DNA of 64,000 nt from an uncultured Gemmatimonadales bacterium. GTDB taxonomy: Bacteria; Gemmatimonadota; Gemmatimonadetes; Gemmatimonadales; Gemmatimonadaceae. Position 1 is the first letter of the stretch, and every line of letters begins with the position of its first letter. The stretch lies in NCBI GenBank assembly GCA_963851265.1, contig CAWKNZ010000002.1, forward strand, positions 896,001 to 960,000, given 5' to 3'. Of this stretch, positions 48,401 through 58,587 are shown piece by piece. A model generated the notes under the pieces. That model was not told the origin of the DNA. It saw nothing but the letters and a program-made list of their open reading frames with translations, and did not search any database. The translations under genes and the position numbers were made by a program.

Positions 48401-51247
48401 GTGCCGCCTCCGCCGGACGTCCTCGTTCTGCCGCATACGCACTGGGACCGCGAGTGGTACCACCTGGCGGGCCGCTTTCGGCAGCGCCTCGTCGCGCTCG
48501 TCGACGAGGCGCTCGACCCGTCGGAGGGCGACTCGCCTCGGAACGACGCCGCGACGGGCGAGCCCGCGACGCGCGACACCGCTGACGACGCAGGAGCCGG
48601 CGCGCCGTTCCTGCTCGACGGACAGAGCGTCGTACTCGACGACTACCTCGCCGTCCGACCAGAGCGACGCGACGTGCTGGCCCGGGCCCTGGCCGCCGGG
48701 CGCGTCGAGGCAGGGCCGTGGTACGTCCTCGCGGACGGCTTGATCCCCGGCGGCGAGTCCCACGTCCGGAACCTGCTCGCGGGGCGGCGCACCATCGCCC
48801 GACTCGGCGCGACGCCGCCGCCGGTGCTCTACGCGCCCGACGCGTTCGGACACCCGGCCGCGTTCCCGACGCTCGCCCGCGGATTCGGCTTCGACGTCGC
48901 GATCGTCTGGCGCGGTTACGGCGGCGCGCGCTGGCCGGCCGGTGACGCCGCGTGGTGGATGGGCGACGACGGCAGCCGGGTGCTGTTGTATCACCTACCG
49001 CCGGACGGGTACGAAGTCGGCTCGCGACTCCCGCCCACGCTCCCGGCGGCGCGCGAACGGTGGGCCGCGCTCGCCGCGACCCTGGTTCCCCGGGCCCGTC
49101 TCGGTGTCGTGCTCGTGCCGAACGGCGCGGACCACCACGCGCGGCAGGAACGGTGGGGCGAGGCGGTCGATGCGCTCAGGCGCGCGGCCGAGCCGGCGCG
49201 CGTCGACGTGGTGTCGTTGCGAACGTTCGCGGCGCGTGTGCGCGAGGCCGCGGACGCGCGACCGCTCGCGACGGTCGCGGGCGAGTTGCGCGATTCGTAC
49301 GGGTACACGTGGACTCTGCAGGGCACGTTCGGCACGCGCGCGGCGCAGAAGCGCCGGGCGGCATCGGGCGAGCGCGCGCTCGTACGCGACGTCGAGCCGT
49401 GGATGGCACTCGCCACACTGGGGCGCCCGACCGCGGTGGACGGCGCGGACGGCACCCGCCGCGCGTTACTCGACGCGGCGTGGCGCGACCTTCTGCTGTG
49501 CCAACCGCACGACACGCTTTGTGGCTGCTCCATCGACGGCGTGGCGCGCGCGATGGACGGGCGCCTCGCCGAGGTCGCGTCGCAGGGCGACGGTCTCCGC
49601 CGCGAAGCGCTCGACACGCTCGTCGGCCACGACGTCGTCCGCGCGCGTGGCCTGCGCACGCTCTGGCGCCCGCACGTGCTCGTCCGGAATCGCACGCCGC
49701 GGGCGCGCGGCGGCGTCGCGGAATTGAGCGTCGCGACCCTCGTCCGCGACGTGGGGGTCGGGCCCGGCTCGGCCGGCACGTGGCGCACCGTCCGCGCACC
49801 CGGCGCGCCGGTCGCGCTGACGCTAGGTATCGGCGGCGCGCCCGTCGCACTCCAGGTGCTCGGTCGCACGCTCGCGCACGAACGGGTCGAGTCGCCGCGG
49901 CACTATCCTGACGACGACCTCGTCGAGATCGCGCGCGCGCTCGCGTGGGTGCCGCCGGTCCCAGGGTACGGAATCGCCGCCCTCGCGGCTACGCCCCCAC
50001 GGGCCGGCGATTCCGCCGAGCGTCGGCCCGAGGCGCGAGACGCCGGCCCTCCGACGCCGGTGCGCACCGCCGACGGCCGGCTCGACAACGGACGCGTGCA
50101 GATCGGCGTCGACGCGCGCGGTCGCGTGTCGCTGCACGACATCGCGACCGGACACACGATCGATGACGTGATCGGCTTCGAGGATGTGGGCGATGCGGGC
50201 GACCTCTACACGCACAGCCCAATCGGCAACGTGCTCACGTTCGCGCGGTGCGTCGGCGTGCAGACGGTCGCGCGCGGCCCGCTGCGCGCGACCGTCGAGG
50301 TGCGCTTCGAGTTTCGCGTGCCCGAGGGACTCGCGCCCGATCCCGACGACGTGCTCTCGCGTCCGACACGCCGCGGCGGCCGCGCCGTGAACGTTCCGCT
50401 CACCCTAAGCCTCAGCCTCGACGCCGGCGCGCCATTCGTGCGCGTGCGCGTCACGGGGAACAATCGCGCGCGTGACCACCGGCTGCGCCTCACGATTCGC
50501 ACCGGGCTGGCCGACGCCCGCGTCGTGGCCGACGCGGCCTTCGGGCCCGTCACGCGCGCGCCGCTCGACGTTCCACCCGCCGACCGTGTGGCGGAGCGAC
50601 CCACCCCGACCGCGCCGTTGCACCGATACGTCTCGCTCTACTCGGGCGCGTGCGGCGCGACCGTGGTGGCCGATGGACTTGCCGAGTACGAGGCCACCGA
50701 GGACGGGGTGGTGGCCGTGACGCTCGTTCGCGCCGTGGGCGAGCTCTCACGTCCCGATCTTCCCGAACGGCCCGGGCACGCGGGGTGGCCCGCGCACACG
50801 CCCGAGGCGCAGTGCGCCGGTCCGTTCGAGGCCACGTTCGGCGTCGCGCTCCACGGGCCCGATTCCGACGACGCGCGCGCGCACGTCGAGCGCCTCGTCG
50901 ACGACGTCCTGCTGCCGCTCGCGGGCGAGACGATCCGCTCCGCGCTGCACCCGCCGGTGAGCGAGGCCGCCTTGGAGTTGTGTGGCGACGCGTTCGCGTT
51001 CGGCGCGGCCAAACCCGCGGAATGCGGCGATGGGTGGATCGCGCTGCGGGCGATCAACGTCACCGCCGCGGCACAGCGCGGCGCGTGGCGCATCACGGCG
51101 TCCGACGGAAGGCGCGTGCGTGAGGCGCTGCGCGCGCGCCTCGACGAAACGCCCGCCGACGCGCTCGCCGTCGCGCGCGACGGCGACGTGGCAGTGATCG
51201 AGTTCGACGCCGGACCGCGCGAGGCGGTGACGATCGTCGTGCGCTGA
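48401..51247 (+). CDS. Glycoside hydrolase family 38 (alpha-mannosidase/mannosylglycerate hydrolase-like)
   Basis: HTHWDREWY, LLDGQ, GPWYVLAD, DAFGH nucleophile, NGADH, QPHDTLCGCSID, DHRLR. No signal peptide seen. Confidence 0.9.
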   Translation: MPPPPDVLVLPHTHWDREWYHLAGRFRQRLVALVDEALDPSEGDSPRNDAATGEPATRDTADDAGAGAPFLLDGQSVVLDDYLAVRPERRDVLARALAAGRVEAGPWYVLADGLIPGGESHVRNLLAGRRTIARLGATPPPVLYAPDAFGHPAAFPTLARGFGFDVAIVWRGYGGARWPAGDAAWWMGDDGSRVLLYHLPPDGYEVGSRLPPTLPAARERWAALAATLVPRARLGVVLVPNGADHHARQERWGEAVDALRRAAEPARVDVVSLRTFAARVREAADARPLATVAGELRDSYGYTWTLQGTFGTRAAQKRRAASGERALVRDVEPWMALATLGRPTAVDGADGTRRALLDAAWRDLLLCQPHDTLCGCSIDGVARAMDGRLAEVASQGDGLRREALDTLVGHDVVRARGLRTLWRPHVLVRNRTPRARGGVAELSVATLVRDVGVGPGSAGTWRTVRAPGAPVALTLGIGGAPVALQVLGRTLAHERVESPRHYPDDDLVEIARALAWVPPVPGYGIAALAATPPRAGDSAERRPEARDAGPPTPVRTADGRLDNGRVQIGVDARGRVSLHDIATGHTIDDVIGFEDVGDAGDLYTHSPIGNVLTFARCVGVQTVARGPLRATVEVRFEFRVPEGLAPDPDDVLSRPTRRGGRAVNVPLTLSLSLDAGAPFVRVRVTGNNRARDHRLRLTIRTGLADARVVADAAFGPVTRAPLDVPPADRVAERPTPTAPLHRYVSLYSGACGATVVADGLAEYEATEDGVVAVTLVRAVGELSRPDLPERPGHAGWPAHTPEAQCAGPFEATFGVALHGPDSDDARAHVERLVDDVLLPLAGETIRSALHPPVSEAALELCGDAFAFGAAKPAECGDGWIALRAINVTAAAQRGAWRITASDGRRVREALRARLDETPADALAVARDGDVAVIEFDAGPREAVTIVVR

Positions 51248-51253
51248 GCGACC

Positions 51254-52123
51254 TCACGAGTCGCGACGGTGCTCCTGCAGCACGTCGCCGATCTGCGTAC
51301 ACGCGAGAACCGTCACGACGAGCAGCAGGCCGGGTACCAACGACACCCACGGCGCGACGATCAGCAGGTCGCGCCCGCCGGCGATGAGGTTGCCCCAACT
51401 CGGCGCCGGCGGCTGCACGCCGAGCCCGAGGAACGAGAGCCCGCTTTCGAGCAGCACCGCGTTGCCCACGCCGAGCGCCGTCGCGACCACCGCGGCGCCA
51501 AGCGCGTTCGGCACCACATGCCGCCAGAGGACGCGCGCCGGTGCCGCGCCGAGCGCGGCCGCGGCGGTCACGTACTCGGCGCGCACCACGCCGAGCGCCT
51601 CGGCGCGCACGAGCCGCGCGACGCCCATCCACCCGGTGAGCGCGAGCACCGCGACGGTCGTTCGGACCCCGGGGCCCCAGAGCGCGGCCACGACGAGCAG
51701 GAGCACGATGCGCGGGACGGCGAGTAGCACGTCCGCGACGGCGGTCACGGCGCGATCCGCCACGCCGCCGCGCCACGCCGCCGCGGCGCCTAACACCGTG
51801 CCCAACACCCCGGACAAGACCGACCCGCCGACGCCCACCGCGAGCGACAGCCGCGCCGCGGCGAGCGCCCTCACGAGGAGGTCGCGGCCGAACGCGTCGG
51901 TGCCGAGCGGGTGCCAGAGCCCGAGCGCGTCACGCGCGCCGGGCGGCACGAGTCGGCGCGCGAGCACGTCCCCGATCCCCTGCGCGTCGGCCGGGGCGAG
52001 CACCGGTACGACGAGCGCGGCCGCCGCGAGCACGCCGAGTGCGGTGGCCGGCCACGCGATCGCCCGGATCCGACGCGTCCGCACGCGCGGTTCCGCCCCC
52101 GCGCGGCCGTCATCGACGCGCAT
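51254..52123 (-). CDS. ABC transporter permease (DppC/OppC-like)
   Basis: HPLGTDAFGRD, EYVTAAAALGA, HVVPN, ESGLSFLGLGVQPPAPSWG. Confidence 0.92.
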   Translation of the reverse strand: MRVDDGRAGAEPRVRTRRIRAIAWPATALGVLAAAALVVPVLAPADAQGIGDVLARRLVPPGARDALGLWHPLGTDAFGRDLLVRALAAARLSLAVGVGGSVLSGVLGTVLGAAAAWRGGVADRAVTAVADVLLAVPRIVLLLVVAALWGPGVRTTVAVLALTGWMGVARLVRAEALGVVRAEYVTAAAALGAAPARVLWRHVVPNALGAAVVATALGVGNAVLLESGLSFLGLGVQPPAPSWGNLIAGGRDLLIVAPWVSLVPGLLLVVTVLACTQIGDVLQEHRRDS

Positions 52124-53162
52124 CGCCCCGTCGGCGCGGGTCTACCCACGGCAGCACGACGTCCGCGGCGAGGTTCGCGAGCACGGTCGCGACCGCGTAC
52201 AGGAGCGCGGCGCCGAGCACGACCGGATAGTCACGCGCGGCGATCGCCTGCACGACCACGCGTCCCACGCCCGGCCACGCGAACACCGTTTCGACAAACA
52301 CCGAGCCGGCGACCACGCCCGGCAGCGCAAGGGCGAACAACACGATCAGCGGCGGCAGGGCTGCGCGGAGCGCGTGGAGCCCGTACGTGCGGGCCGGCCC
52401 GAGTCCCTTCGCCCGCGCGGTGCGCACGAAGTCTCCTGCCAGTACTTCGCCGACCGCGCCACGCGTGTACCGCGCGACGCCGGCCGCTCCGACCGCGCTG
52501 AGCACCGCGAGCGGGAGTACCGCGTGCCGCACGCGGTCGCCGACGGCGGCCCACCCGCGCACGAGCCCCGACGGATCGCTCGCGCCGAAGCTCGGCAACC
52601 GCCACGCCGGCGGCACTCCCCAGCGCGCCGCGCCGACTGTCGCCGCCGCGATCAGGCCCAACCCGAGCCAGTAGCTCGGCGCCGCGTACGCGACGGTCGT
52701 GAGCGCGGTCAGCGCGGCGTCGGCGCGCTGCCCACCGCGATCGCCGCGTGCGCGCAGCGTCGCCTGCCAGGTACCGACGCCGACGCCTATCAGGTAGCTC
52801 AGCACCAGCGAGCCGAGTCCGAGCGCCACCGACGCGGGCAGCGCGTCGGCGATCACCCGCGCCGCGGGCCGTCGTTGGGCGAAGCTCTCGCCGAGGTCGC
52901 CGCGCAGCGCGCGCGTCGTCCACCGGACATATTGATCGGCGATGGGACGATCGATGCCGAGCTCCGAGCGAAGGCGGGCGACGTCGGCCGCGCTCGCGCC
53001 GGGCGGTACGAGGAACGCGGCGGGATCGCCTGGTGCGGCGTGCACGAGCACGAACAACAACGTCGCCACGGCCCAGATCAGCACGCCGGCGGCGGCGACT
53101 TCGCGCGCGAGCCGCGCGAATGGCGCGGGGGCAGGCGGGGTCGAACGCTCGGACGCGGGCAC
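52110..53162 (-). CDS. ABC transporter permease (DppB/OppB-like)
   Basis: APGDPA, GDLGES, DFVRTARAKGL, VETVFAWPGVGR, RDYPVV, DPR. Start approximate. Confidence 0.9.
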   Translation of the reverse strand: MPASERSTPPAPAPFARLAREVAAAGVLIWAVATLLFVLVHAAPGDPAAFLVPPGASAADVARLRSELGIDRPIADQYVRWTTRALRGDLGESFAQRRPAARVIADALPASVALGLGSLVLSYLIGVGVGTWQATLRARGDRGGQRADAALTALTTVAYAAPSYWLGLGLIAAATVGAARWGVPPAWRLPSFGASDPSGLVRGWAAVGDRVRHAVLPLAVLSAVGAAGVARYTRGAVGEVLAGDFVRTARAKGLGPARTYGLHALRAALPPLIVLFALALPGVVAGSVFVETVFAWPGVGRVVVQAIAARDYPVVLGAALLYAVATVLANLAADVVLPWVDPRRRGDARR

Positions 53163-53168
53163 GGCCGC

Positions 53169-54791
53169 ATGATGCGCGCGCACGCGGGGAAGGGAAGGGC
53201 CGTACTCCTCGCCCGTCGGTCGTCCGCGGTACGCGTCGGCTCGCTGGGCATCGGCCTGGCGTGCGTCGACGCCGCGTGTGCCGCACCCCCGCGGCCGGCC
53301 GACGTCGCGGTCATCGCATCGGGCAGCGACCTGGAATCGCCCGACCCGCTCGTGACCGTGCACCCGATGTCGCGCCAGGTACAGCGACACGTGCTGCTCG
53401 TGACGCTCGCGCGCTACGACGAGCGGTTCGCCCCGATCCCGTACTATGCGCGCCGATGGCGTTGGTCGCGCGACCGGCGCACGGTCACGTTCGCGCTCGA
53501 GCCATCGCTCCGCTGGCACGACGGGGTGCGCACGACCGCGCGCGACGCGGTCTTCACGTTCGCCCTCGCGCGCGATTCCGCGCTCGGCTCGCCCCGGCGC
53601 GGCGAACTTACCGCCGTCGACGCGGCCACGGCGCCGGACGACACCACGCTCGTGCTGCGGTTCGCGTCCGCGCAGCCCTCGCTTCCGCGCTTCGTCTGTG
53701 AGCTGCCGATCGTCCCGGAGCACCTGCTCCGCGCCGCAAGTAGCGGCGCGCTTCGGCGGACGCGATTCGAGCACGTCCCGGTCGGGAACGGGCCGTTTCG
53801 GTTCGTCGAACACGTGCCGGGCGCGCGCTGGGTGTTCGCCCGGAACGGTGGCTTCCCCGCGGCGATGGGCGGGCCGCCGCGACTTGCGCGCCTCGTCGTC
53901 GCGGTAGTCGACGAGCCGACGACCAAGTTCGCCGGCCTGGTCACGGGCGAGCTCGACGCCGCCGGCATCGCGCCGACGAGTGCCGCCCGGCTCGCGGGCG
54001 ACCGCGTAGCGCGCGTCGTTTCGTACCCGGTCGCGTTCTCGACGGGCCTCGTGTTCAACACCCGGCGGCCGCCGTTCGACGACGTGCGCGTCCGTCGCGC
54101 CGTGAACGCGTCGCTCGACCGCCGGCGGATCGTCGACGTCGCCCTCGCGGGGTTCGGCACGCCGTCGGCGGCGTCGGTCCCGCCAGGCTTCCCCAATGCC
54201 GTCGCAGTCGCCGACCCGCGCGACGCTCGCGCGGCTGATTCGCTCCTCGACGCCGCCGGGTGGATGCGCGGGGTGGACGGCGTGCGCCGCCGCGCCGGTC
54301 GGCCGCTCGCGGTCGATCTGCTCACCGTCGGCTCGGGCGACAACGCGGTCGAGCAGCTCGTGCAGGCGGACCTCGCCGCACGCGGGATCCGCCTGTCGAT
54401 TCAGCCCCGCGAATTCGGCGCGTTCCTCACCGCCGCCCGCGCGCCGCGCAAGACGTTCGACGTCCTGCTCACGGGCGTGCCCGGCGATCTCGATCTCACG
54501 CACCTCGTCGCGATGTTCGCGTCGAGCGCCGCCGGAGGCACCCTCGACTACGCAGGTTACCACCGCGCGGTCCTCGACTCGGCCTTTGCCCGCGTCGCGG
54601 TCGCGCCCGACTCGGCCGCGCGCGCCGCCGCCTGGGCCGCGGCCCAGCACACGCTCGCCGATTCGGTCCCGGTGGCGTGGCTGTACCACGCGCGCGGCGT
54701 GCAGGGCGTGGCGCGGCGGCTGACCGGTGTCGTGATGGACCTGCGCGGCGAGCTGGCGACCGTGCACGACTGGCTCGGCGAGCGCCCGTGA
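53169..54791 (+). CDS. ABC transporter substrate-binding protein, family 5 (probable lipoprotein)
   Basis: RWHDG..TTARDAVFT, PVGNGPFRF, FNTRRPPFDDVRVRRA; Cys after a hydrophobic stretch. Start approximate. Confidence 0.88.
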   Translation: MMRAHAGKGRAVLLARRSSAVRVGSLGIGLACVDAACAAPPRPADVAVIASGSDLESPDPLVTVHPMSRQVQRHVLLVTLARYDERFAPIPYYARRWRWSRDRRTVTFALEPSLRWHDGVRTTARDAVFTFALARDSALGSPRRGELTAVDAATAPDDTTLVLRFASAQPSLPRFVCELPIVPEHLLRAASSGALRRTRFEHVPVGNGPFRFVEHVPGARWVFARNGGFPAAMGGPPRLARLVVAVVDEPTTKFAGLVTGELDAAGIAPTSAARLAGDRVARVVSYPVAFSTGLVFNTRRPPFDDVRVRRAVNASLDRRRIVDVALAGFGTPSAASVPPGFPNAVAVADPRDARAADSLLDAAGWMRGVDGVRRRAGRPLAVDLLTVGSGDNAVEQLVQADLAARGIRLSIQPREFGAFLTAARAPRKTFDVLLTGVPGDLDLTHLVAMFASSAAGGTLDYAGYHRAVLDSAFARVAVAPDSAARAAAWAAAQHTLADSVPVAWLYHARGVQGVARRLTGVVMDLRGELATVHDWLGERP

Positions 54792-57715
54792 GCACGTTGT
54801 ATCTCTCGCCGTCCGACGTGGCCGCCCGACGAGCCGTTGTCGCCCGACCGGATGCAACCCTCGGTCTGCTGGCCGAATCGCTCGCCCGGGAACTCGCGCC
54901 GGTGGTCGCGCGCTCCGTCTCGCTGCCGCCCAACAAGGCCCGGATGACGCGTCGCGGCGGCATCTGTCCACGAGACGGCGCCCGCCTCGCGTTCGACCCG
55001 TTCGCCCCGCGTGCGCATCGATGCGACGCGTGCGGCACGGTGTACGACCGAGACGAGGATTACGAGTGGTGGACGTTCGGGTATCAGCTCTGGCTCGCCG
55101 AGCGGTCCGTCCACGCCGCGGCCCTCGCGCTCGTCGCCGGCCGCGACGCGGGTACGCCGGGTGGCGCGTTAGGCGTCCCCGAGCTGGCCGCCTTCGCCGC
55201 GCGCGTGCTCGACGCGCAGGCCGACGCCTATCTCACGTATCCGAACCGCGACAACGTCCTCGGCCCCACGCGCCCCTTCTTCAGCACGTACCTCGAGTCG
55301 CTCTGGCTCGTGCACGTCTGTACCGCGCTGGACCTGCTGCGGGCCGCGGTGCCGCGCGCGTACGACGCACTCGCCGCCCGCGTGATCGATCGAGTGGTCG
55401 AGCCGAGCCGCGTCCTGATCGCGGGTTTCCCGGAGGGGACTTCGAACCGCCAGGTCTGGCATGCCGCGGCGCGACTCGCCGTTGCGCGCGTGGTCGGCGA
55501 TGGGCGAGCGGCGGCGGACGCCGTATACGGCCCATCCGGGATCGCCGACCTGCTGCGCAGCGCCCTGCTCCAGGACGGGAGTTGGTACGAGGGCGACAAC
55601 TACCACCAGTTCGCACACCGCGGTTTCTGGTACGCCCTGCGTTTCGCCGAACGCGCCGGCCTCGAGATCGCCCCGGAACTCCTCGATCGGTTCCGAGCCG
55701 GTTATGCCGTCCCATTCCGCGTCGCGCTCCCCGATGAAACGCTCCCGGCGCGACGCGATTCGCAGTACGCCGTCTCGCTCCGGCAATGGCGTTGGGCCGA
55801 GTGGTGCGAGCTTGGCCTGGGCGAGCACGTCGGCCCGCCACTTCGCGGTGCGCTCGCGAAGCTGTACCGCCCGACCGACCCGCCGCTCCCATCCGCGACG
55901 GGCCGTTGGCGAAGCACGGGTGAGAGTGAGCGGAACGAGCCCGCGAGCGCGCTCTCGCGTGCCGACCTCGGCTGGAAGTCACTGCTCTTTGCATTGCCCG
56001 AGCTGCCGCCGGCGCAGGCCGACGCCATGCCCCGCTCGGTGCTGCTCGCGGCGCAGGGATACGCGGTGCTCCGCCCGGCAGGCGGCCGCGTCTACGCCTC
56101 GCTCGATTTCGGCGGCGGCGGCGGTGGGCACGGGCATCCAGACCGGCTGAACGTCCTCGTCCAGGACGGCGTCTCCCGGTGGCTCGACGACCCAGGTACG
56201 GGGACGTATGTGGAGCGCACGCTGCACTGGTACCGGAGCACCCTCGCGCACGCGGCGCCGCTCGTCGACGGCCGTTCGCAGCAGCCGGGGCGAGGCACGC
56301 TCGAAGCGTTCGACCCCGGTCCCGACCAACCCGACGCACTCGAACGCATCGTCCCGCGCTTCGCCGGCGTTGCGGCGTGGACGGCGGTCGACGGCGTCGT
56401 CGCGCGCCGAGCCGTCGTCGCGACGGACGCGTACGTCGTCGACCGGTTTGCCTGGCGCGCGCCGCGTTCGCGGCTCGTCGACCTGCCCCTGCACGTCGAC
56501 GGCACCATCGACGGGTCGGCGTCGGAATGGTTGCCGTTCGAGCCGGGCGGCGCGGGCGGGCTCGAGGACGGTTTCGATTTCGTGCGGGCCGCCGAAGCGA
56601 CCGTGCCCGACAATTCGCCGGTCCGCCTGCGCCTCGTGAGCCGCGGTGGGCGCGCTGAGCGGCCGCCCGCGCTCTGGCTCGCGTCGCCGGAGATGACGCT
56701 CTGGCGCGGGATCGCCCCGGGGCCGCCCGGATTCGGCGAACGGCGGTTTCACGCCGTCCGCATGCGGGGCGCGCGTGGGACGGTCGTCGCGATCTGGGAT
56801 CTGAGAGGCGCGATCCAGAACGTCACGGTGGAACCGGACGCAATCACGATCGTGCTCGCCGACGGCACCGTCGATCGCCACGCTCCTCCACCGCGGTGGC
56901 GCGCCGGCGGCGCGCCGACCGCGGCGGGCGCGCCGGCCGGAGGGCGCTCGTGGCGCGTCGAACGGACGCGAACGGACGGCATGCGGGCCGAGCGGCAACT
57001 CGTGCTCGCGCGCTCCGCCGCTCCGCGGCGAACGCGCGCGGGCGACCGCACAATCGTCGACGCGCTCGCCGTCGCGCTCGCCGGGGCCACCTACACGCTC
57101 GCCGACGGAGAGGCCGCGCTCACCTTCCGACTCGGCGCATCGCACTACCTGCGCTCCGAGCCGTCGTGGGAGGATGCGGGCAGGCCGACGGCCACCGTCC
57201 GCGTCCGCGTCGTCGGCTCGGCCCTGACGATCGACGTCGACGTCGGACTCGGTCGCGCGCCTTCGTTCGCGGCCGCCGGGTCGGAAAACCCCCTCGACAA
57301 CGAGCGTGCAGACGTGAACAGTGACGGACTGCAGCTACTCGTCAGTCCCGCTGCAGCCCCATCGAGGAGCGCTGCGTGGCTCCTCGTTCCCGACGTGCGC
57401 GCGCCGGACGTGCGCGTGACGCCGACCGCGGGCCACCCCGCCGGCGACGCGCGCGCGGTCCGACTCGACGCACGGTGGAACCCGCGCGCGGACGGGTGGA
57501 GCATGCACTGTAGCGTCCCGCGCGACGCCATCGACGGCGATCTGGTCGCGGTGGACCTCGCGATCAACGAGAAGCCTCCCGATCGAGACCGCCGCCGCGG
57601 GCAGCTCACCCTCGGCGAACCGGACGGCGCGTTCGTGTATCTTCGGGGAGACCGCATGAGCGCCGCCCGCGCGCTGCGGTTCGTGCTCCCGCCGGCGTCC
57701 GCGCCCGCGGTGTAA
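54788..57715 (+). CDS. Heparinase II/III-like polysaccharide lyase-fold protein
   Basis: DGSWYEG..YH, GGGHGHPDRLN, DDPGTGTY, WYRSTLAH; N-terminal CP.DG...H.C..CG; extra C-terminal domain. GTG start overlaps the SBP stop. Confidence 0.8.
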   Translation: MSTLYLSPSDVAARRAVVARPDATLGLLAESLARELAPVVARSVSLPPNKARMTRRGGICPRDGARLAFDPFAPRAHRCDACGTVYDRDEDYEWWTFGYQLWLAERSVHAAALALVAGRDAGTPGGALGVPELAAFAARVLDAQADAYLTYPNRDNVLGPTRPFFSTYLESLWLVHVCTALDLLRAAVPRAYDALAARVIDRVVEPSRVLIAGFPEGTSNRQVWHAAARLAVARVVGDGRAAADAVYGPSGIADLLRSALLQDGSWYEGDNYHQFAHRGFWYALRFAERAGLEIAPELLDRFRAGYAVPFRVALPDETLPARRDSQYAVSLRQWRWAEWCELGLGEHVGPPLRGALAKLYRPTDPPLPSATGRWRSTGESERNEPASALSRADLGWKSLLFALPELPPAQADAMPRSVLLAAQGYAVLRPAGGRVYASLDFGGGGGGHGHPDRLNVLVQDGVSRWLDDPGTGTYVERTLHWYRSTLAHAAPLVDGRSQQPGRGTLEAFDPGPDQPDALERIVPRFAGVAAWTAVDGVVARRAVVATDAYVVDRFAWRAPRSRLVDLPLHVDGTIDGSASEWLPFEPGGAGGLEDGFDFVRAAEATVPDNSPVRLRLVSRGGRAERPPALWLASPEMTLWRGIAPGPPGFGERRFHAVRMRGARGTVVAIWDLRGAIQNVTVEPDAITIVLADGTVDRHAPPPRWRAGGAPTAAGAPAGGRSWRVERTRTDGMRAERQLVLARSAAPRRTRAGDRTIVDALAVALAGATYTLADGEAALTFRLGASHYLRSEPSWEDAGRPTATVRVRVVGSALTIDVDVGLGRAPSFAAAGSENPLDNERADVNSDGLQLLVSPAAAPSRSAAWLLVPDVRAPDVRVTPTAGHPAGDARAVRLDARWNPRADGWSMHCSVPRDAIDGDLVAVDLAINEKPPDRDRRRGQLTLGEPDGAFVYLRGDRMSAARALRFVLPPASAPAV

Positions 57716-57753
57716 TTCCGGGCGCGGGCGACCGCGCCGCATCCGCCGTCCGC

Positions 57754-58587
57754 ATGCCGTCGCTGCTCGACCAGGTCCGCGTCGTTCTCTACGAACCGCA
57801 GAAGCCCATCAACATCGCGGCGACCGTGCGCGCGATGAAGAACATGGGCGTCGGCGAGTTGCGCCTGGTCCGGCCCTGCGCGTACGACGCCAACTACATC
57901 GAGGTGATCGCGCACCACACGCGCGACATCGCCGACCGCATCGCGCACTTCGACTCGCTCGAGGCCGCGCTCGCTGACTGCGTGCGCGTGGCGGCGTTCA
58001 CCGGACGCCGCCGGGCCGCCAAGTGGCCGATCGCCACGCCGCGCGCCGCGGCCGCCGACCTCGCCGGGTACGCGACGGACGGTCCCGTCGCCGTCCTGTT
58101 CGGGCGCGAGGACGACGGGCTCCCGGCCGACGCGATCGACCGCGCGCACTTCGGCGTCACGATTCCGACCACCGCGCACGCGTCGCTGAACGTCGCCCAG
58201 GCGGTGCTCGTCGCACTCTACGAGCTGCACCTCGTCGCGGACGACGCGACCGTGCCGTTAGGCCGTCCGCGTCGCCACGCCGGCCCGCCCACCACCGCGC
58301 AGCTCGAGGAGTTCTTCGGCGACACGCAGCGCGCGCTCGCCGCCCTCGACTTCTTCCGGACGCGCAGCATCGAGCACGTGATGCGCGGCATCCGCTCCCT
58401 CGTCTTCCGCGCCTCGCCCGACGAGCGCGAACTGGGCCTCACGCGCGCGATGGCCTTCGAGGTGATCCGGACGATCGAGCGCGAGCGGACGCGGGCGTAC
58501 GCCGCCGGCTTCGACGCGGCGCGCGCCGAGCGCGCGGCCGCCGCGCCCGACGACGGCGCGCGCGACGCCGCCGTCCACTCTCCGTGA
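57754..58587 (+). CDS. TrmJ/LasT-type SPOUT RNA methyltransferase
   Basis: VVLYEPQKPINIAATVRAMKNMG, LFGREDDGL, IPT....SLNVAQAV..ALYE. Confidence 0.88.
   Translation: MPSLLDQVRVVLYEPQKPINIAATVRAMKNMGVGELRLVRPCAYDANYIEVIAHHTRDIADRIAHFDSLEAALADCVRVAAFTGRRRAAKWPIATPRAAAADLAGYATDGPVAVLFGREDDGLPADAIDRAHFGVTIPTTAHASLNVAQAVLVALYELHLVADDATVPLGRPRRHAGPPTTAQLEEFFGDTQRALAALDFFRTRSIEHVMRGIRSLVFRASPDERELGLTRAMAFEVIRTIERERTRAYAAGFDAARAERAAAAPDDGARDAAVHSP

Noticed and set aside
52110..54971. Apparent giant fusions (953-aa permease, 1135-aa SBP, 717-aa HemL, 747-aa LLM, 697-aa hydrolase)
   Set aside because: Artefacts of upstream in-frame starts; the N-terminal extensions are low-complexity translations across neighbouring genes.
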